Origin: Eubacteriales bacterium
GTDB taxonomy: Bacteria; Bacillota; Clostridia; Oscillospirales; CAG-272
DNA length: 64,000 nt
NCBI GenBank assembly: GCA_045587665.1
Contig: JAZNCT010000065.1
Span: 95 to 64,094, forward strand
Reading direction: 5' to 3'
The notes below the pieces were generated by a model, which was given only the letters and a program-made list of their open reading frames with translations, had not been told where the DNA came from and did no database searches. A program made the position numbers and the translations under genes. Below, piece by piece: positions 60,281 through 64,000 of the stretch (position 1 is the stretch's first letter; every line of letters starts with the position of its first letter).

Positions 60281-60577
60281 ATGCAGGAAAATCTAATACA
60301 GAACATGGTCAGAATAGGCATTGTAACGGCGGTAGATAAGCCCAAAAGACGCGCAAGGGTTCATTTTCCGGATTTAAATATCGTTTCTGATTTTCTCTAT
60401 GTGCTGAGATCCCCTCCGTTTATTCCCGATAAGGATGAAAAACAGCAGACCGAGACCGCCGAAACGCATACTCACGATCTTGTCATAAAGCCGTGGCTTC
60501 CTTCGGTCAATGATAAGGTGCTGTGCCTATACATCCCCTGTGAGGGCGGAGACGGCTTTATATTGGGGGCGATCTGA
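60281..60577 (+). CDS. baseplate spike/assembly protein V-like
   Basis: 98 aa with VRIGIVTAVDKPKRRARVHF, an OB-fold type N-terminus. Confidence 0.55.
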   Translation: MQENLIQNMVRIGIVTAVDKPKRRARVHFPDLNIVSDFLYVLRSPPFIPDKDEKQQTETAETHTHDLVIKPWLPSVNDKVLCLYIPCEGGDGFILGAI

Positions 60578-60978
60578 TGCAAATAGGAAGCTTGGGAGAT
60601 GTTATTTTTAAAGTTTCCGAAGAGGAGATCAAAACGCTCAGAGACGCGCAGTGGAGCGGTAAAGGCGGTTGGCAACAGCATAAACGGCACATGAAAATGC
60701 CTCTGCTCGAATTCACGGGAACGGAGCTTGACAGCTTTAAGTTCAACATCCGCATCTCGGCATATCTCGGCACGAGAGATGTGATGAGTGAAATTGCGCA
60801 GCTTCTCAAATACGAAAGAGAGGGAAACGTTTTGCTTCTCACTTTGGGCGAAAAGAAATACGGCAGATATCGCTGGGTGATAGCATCTCACACTATCAAA
60901 ATGAATTATTTTGACAGTGAAGGTAATCTTACCGATGCCGATCTTTCTATCACCTTAACAGAATATCCCAGAACATAG
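60577..60978 (+). CDS. tail protein, P2 gpU-like
   Basis: MQIGSLGDVIFKV...LEFTG...RWVI pattern, as recalled for the GpU family. Confidence 0.5.
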   Translation: MQIGSLGDVIFKVSEEEIKTLRDAQWSGKGGWQQHKRHMKMPLLEFTGTELDSFKFNIRISAYLGTRDVMSEIAQLLKYEREGNVLLLTLGEKKYGRYRWVIASHTIKMNYFDSEGNLTDADLSITLTEYPRT

Positions 60979-60988
60979 GAGGTAAGCC

Positions 60989-61303
60989 GTGCAAACGATC
61001 ACTATAACGGCAATGACGCCGCAAAAATTTGATTTTATAGAAAACAGCAAGCTCAGGTCCGTGGCGCAGAATATAGCCTTGATCTGTTCAACGAAAAAAG
61101 GAACGGTTCCTTTTTACAGAGAATTCGGAATTCCTATGGCGTTTATAGACAAGCCGTCAAGTATTGCCAGAACTTTGATGATAGCCGAGATAACCGAGGC
61201 CGTTGAGCACTTTGAAACACGAGCCGAAATCAAAAACATCACATTTTATCAAGAAGGAGAAAAATGTTATCCCAAACTGGAGGTTGAGCTGATAGATGAA
61301 TAG
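60989..61303 (+). CDS. baseplate protein gpW/gp25-like
   Basis: 104 aa, GTG start after GGAGG. Lies immediately before the baseplate J gene. Confidence 0.6.
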   Translation: MQTITITAMTPQKFDFIENSKLRSVAQNIALICSTKKGTVPFYREFGIPMAFIDKPSSIARTLMIAEITEAVEHFETRAEIKNITFYQEGEKCYPKLEVELIDE

Positions 61304-62426
61304 TTATATGTTTGCGAGCACAGACGGCGCCGAGCTGTTGTCGGCTCTTGTGGCAAGCTATGAAAAGCTGACAGGGAGGACGCTTCTTCCCGCAGATCCC
61401 GACCGCATATTTATTTCATGGGTTGCGGCTATAATTTGCGAAGAGAGGGTGCGTCAGAACTACATAGGAAATCAGAATATCCCAAGTCGCTCCGGCGGTG
61501 CGGATCTTGATGCTCTCGGAGAGTGGATATATTCTTTTCGCCGTCCGAGTGCCACTGCCGCAAGATGCACGGTGCAATTCAATATATCCGAGCCGCAGGA
61601 AACGTCTATTCTTATTCCAAAGGGAACAAGAGTGTCGGGCGGCGGTACGCTTATTTTCAGCACTATAGAAGATAAATACATTGATATAGGTATGACGTCG
61701 GCGCAGGTGGAGGTGTGTTGTGAAGAGTCGGGAAAGATCGGAAATGATTATCTGCCCGGGCAAATAAACACCTTGATAGATGTGGATTATGTCCTTTATT
61801 ATAAATCCTGCGAAAACATCAATACCTCTTTTGGCGGATCGGATGAACCGGATGATAAAGAATATTTCTCTCTTATGAGAAGCAGTCTTGGCGCCTATTC
61901 GGTGGCAGGACCGGAGGGTGCCTATGTGCATCTTGCCAAATCCGCTTCCAATGATATAGCCGATGTAAAAGCTCTGAACGACGGTCCCGGACGTGTTGCT
62001 ATATATGCTCTTATGAAGAACGGAACACCGGCGCAAGCCGAGATGAAGGAGGCCATTATCAAAGCCTGCAGCCCGGACGACAAGCGCCCTATGACCGATT
62101 TTGTGGTGTCGAAAGACCCTGAAACAGTGGAATATGATCTGTCCTTCAAATATTTCATCCCCGGCGATGCCGAGGCCTCGGCATCGGATATCGAAAATGC
62201 GGTAAACGCCGCAGTGAATGAATATATCTCATGGCAAAGCGCAAAAATGGGCAGAGATATAAACCCAACAGAGCTGATATATCTTGTGAAAAAAGCCGGT
62301 ATAAAGCGTGTTGAAGTGGAAAGTCCTGTTTTCACCAAGTTAAATGACGGCACGGGGGGAACCGTTCCACAGGTGGCAAAGCTCGTGAATATCAATATAG
62401 CAAACGGAGGATATGAGGATGAATAA
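61296..62426 (+). CDS. baseplate J-like protein
   Basis: 376 aa. Size and position between the gpW-like and gpI-like genes fit baseplate J. Confidence 0.75.
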   Translation: MNSYMFASTDGAELLSALVASYEKLTGRTLLPADPDRIFISWVAAIICEERVRQNYIGNQNIPSRSGGADLDALGEWIYSFRRPSATAARCTVQFNISEPQETSILIPKGTRVSGGGTLIFSTIEDKYIDIGMTSAQVEVCCEESGKIGNDYLPGQINTLIDVDYVLYYKSCENINTSFGGSDEPDDKEYFSLMRSSLGAYSVAGPEGAYVHLAKSASNDIADVKALNDGPGRVAIYALMKNGTPAQAEMKEAIIKACSPDDKRPMTDFVVSKDPETVEYDLSFKYFIPGDAEASASDIENAVNAAVNEYISWQSAKMGRDINPTELIYLVKKAGIKRVEVESPVFTKLNDGTGGTVPQVAKLVNINIANGGYEDE

Positions 62427-63045
62427 TTTACCGGGTGCGGATATTCTTCTTTCCTCTTTTCCGCCGTCTCTTGCGGTTGATGGGAATAAGTACACCCTCG
62501 CAAGAGTGATCGCAGAGGAACTTCAAGAGCTCCTTTCAGGCTGTGATGATCTGCGTATATACAGCCGCATGGATGAGCTTGATGAAGAATTGCTTGATAT
62601 TCTTGCTTTCGATTTTGCAGTGTCTTGGTACTTATACAACGGCACTATCGCAACCAAGCGTGCGCAGATCAAATCCTGTTTTTATGTTCGCAGATATATG
62701 GGAACCAAGGCGGCCCTTGTTCAGGCCTTGTGTGACCTTTGCCCCGGCTCCTCTGTTGAAGAATGGTTTGAATACGGCGGAGATCCTTATTATTTTCGTG
62801 TTATTCTTGATGTAACTGAGCAGCGTTTGCCTATAGTCCAGCAGGATGTAGAGCGATATATAAATATTTTTAAATCACTTCGCTCGGTTCTCGAAAGCAA
62901 CAATATAGTATACAGAACCCGTGACGATGTGGGTATAAGTGACAAGGGACAGGTATTCTTTATAAATACTCCAAAAAGCTCAGAGCACAGCTCTGTAAGA
63001 GCAGGAGTATATCCCGAAAGCCTGTTGATAGAATCGCTTTATTAA
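62413..63045 (+). CDS. tail protein I-like (P2 gpI family)
   Basis: LLSSFPPSLAVD....LLDILAFDFAVSWY....KRAQIKSCFYVRRYMGTKAAL. Confidence 0.7.
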   Translation: MRMNNLPGADILLSSFPPSLAVDGNKYTLARVIAEELQELLSGCDDLRIYSRMDELDEELLDILAFDFAVSWYLYNGTIATKRAQIKSCFYVRRYMGTKAALVQALCDLCPGSSVEEWFEYGGDPYYFRVILDVTEQRLPIVQQDVERYINIFKSLRSVLESNNIVYRTRDDVGISDKGQVFFINTPKSSEHSSVRAGVYPESLLIESLY

Positions 63046-63055
63046 GGAGGAAGAC

Positions 63056-63364
63056 ATGGCGCTTACAAGCGAGTTTTTTAACGACATACAAAATTTTGCA
63101 AAAGAAAACATTTCCGCAGCCAGATACATAAGCGGTGAAGGGATTGGGATCTGTGAGCTGAGATCTATAGAGAAAACCGAAAACGGCACCGTTCGTGTTG
63201 AAGTTGCTATCGAAAAGAGCAACATAAAGATCACGGAAATGCAGCTTTACGGAAAAAACGGACATCTCTGGGCAAAACAAAAGCTTGATATAACAATAGG
63301 TCATTCCGAAGCGGGTATTATTTACCGTTTTGAGATCAATCTGAAGGAGGATAAATATGTATAA
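63056..63364 (+). CDS. hypothetical tail-fibre-region protein
   Basis: AAGGAGG RBS. 102 aa. Confidence 0.45.
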   Translation: MALTSEFFNDIQNFAKENISAARYISGEGIGICELRSIEKTENGTVRVEVAIEKSNIKITEMQLYGKNGHLWAKQKLDITIGHSEAGIIYRFEINLKEDKYV

Positions 63365-63914
63365 ACCGACCAAGTGGGAGGATCATGTGGTCGTTCCAAG
63401 AAACGAAATAATATTAGAGCATATCGAGGGCGATCGCTATAGGATCGCAAATGCAGGCGAAGTTATCAACAAAGGAACACTCCTATCTGCCGAAATTTTT
63501 AACAAGCATGAGCACGCTACTTTTGAAACGGTTGTCGCTCTTTGCTCGTTGCTTCAAAAAACTCTCCTGCACGGTGACGAGCTTAAAGCACTCGGAGAGC
63601 AGCTTTCAAAATCTCCGTTCTTCCTAACGGATGAACGTGCGGTAACTCTCGAGGATTTTGCAGAAGGCCCGTCCTTTCTGTACACCGTTGATTTTTCGGG
63701 TGCGAATATCAGAAACAATACCGAATATATCGTAATTCCATTTATAACGGAAGTGACTCGCTCGGTAGAGACAACATCGTATTACGCAAACACTCCGCTC
63801 ATTTACGCTGAAACAAAAAGAACTACAAACATGCTGGTCAGAGTTTGGCGCCCCGATCCAGAAAGTGTGATCGACAGTTTCTCGTTTAGATTTTTAGTTG
63901 TGGGAGGCATGTAA
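63357..63914 (+). CDS. hypothetical tail-fibre-region protein
   Basis: 185 aa with an overlapping start. Confidence 0.45.
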   Translation: MYKPTKWEDHVVVPRNEIILEHIEGDRYRIANAGEVINKGTLLSAEIFNKHEHATFETVVALCSLLQKTLLHGDELKALGEQLSKSPFFLTDERAVTLEDFAEGPSFLYTVDFSGANIRNNTEYIVIPFITEVTRSVETTSYYANTPLIYAETKRTTNMLVRVWRPDPESVIDSFSFRFLVVGGM

Positions 63915-64000
63915 TGAACGTGATAATAAAATCAAGAGATCAGAATAGAGCTGTTGATGCTATTCTTAAAGATTTCGGTCATAGTGAAAGCCCTTCAAAT
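63914..64000 (+). CDS. hypothetical protein, 5' part only (continues beyond window)
   Basis: TAATG overlap with the upstream stop. The frame is open to the window end. Confidence 0.4.
   Translation, partial: MNVIIKSRDQNRAVDAILKDFGHSESPSN

Larger units (their letters stand above)
24300..64000. mobile_element. prophage B (left end to tail-fibre region; right end outside window)
   Basis: A serine integrase at the left edge is followed by immunity, replication, packaging, head and contractile-tail modules. The exact attL was not determinable. Confidence 0.85.

Noticed and set aside
61416-62503. Two minus-strand ORFs of 206 and 193 aa
   Set aside because: Both are antisense to the baseplate J and gpI-like genes, so they are shadow ORFs.
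62400-64000. Diversity-generating retroelement near the tail-fibre genes
   Set aside because: There is no reverse transcriptase gene and no template/variable repeat pair visible in the window.

Overview
This is a 64-kb stretch of a low-GC Gram-positive chromosome, Clostridia-like by gene content (inference only). It falls into three blocks. (1) 1-2460 is the right end of prophage A: tail-fibre C-terminus, XkdX-like protein, small membrane and holin-like proteins, and an M23 endolysin, abutting tRNA-Met(CAT). (2) 2.6-24.3 kb holds ordinary core genes: TepA/ClpP-like protease, PerR-like Fur regulator plus rubrerythrin, MATE transporter, metY-metA, a GH2 glycosidase, trpS, an MraY-like glycosyltransferase, galT, recX-recA, a radical SAM protein, tRNA-Glu(CTC), blaI-blaR1-like genes and aspS. 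The oddities here are a tandem 151-bp repeat after tRNA-Glu and two gene fragments. (3) 24.4 kb to the window end is most of prophage B. In order it carries a large serine integrase, an integrase-proximal accessory and immunity island, and early genes. Next come an SNF2-helicase/DNA-methylase fusion followed by a GcrA-like HTH protein and a ParB-like nuclease, then DinJ-YafQ, an HUH Rep-like protein, SSB and a late regulator. The head module is lambda-like (terS, GpA-type terL, gpW, portal, ClpP-type protease with a nested scaffold start, gpD-like decoration protein, gpE-like capsid). The contractile tail module is P2/PBSX-like, with a -1 frameshift chaperone. The head module is interrupted between terL and gpW by a TnpB-only IS605-family element and a small promoter/operator/sRNA cassette. 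The best candidate for something undescribed is the island at 26.1-29.7 kb. It has two diverged copies of a type I toxin-antitoxin-like module: a 25-29 aa hydrophobic peptide, a sequestered Shine-Dalgarno (SD) sequence, a convergent antisense RNA with a consensus promoter, and conserved 5'/3' complementary boxes. These copies bracket a tandem-SWIM zinc-finger protein of unknown function. Next to them lie three paralogous XRE repressors, one XRE remnant, and a 37-aa micro-ORF that resembles the XRE C-terminal helix. All functional calls rest on motif recognition from memory and manual sequence inspection; no searches or folding programs were run.
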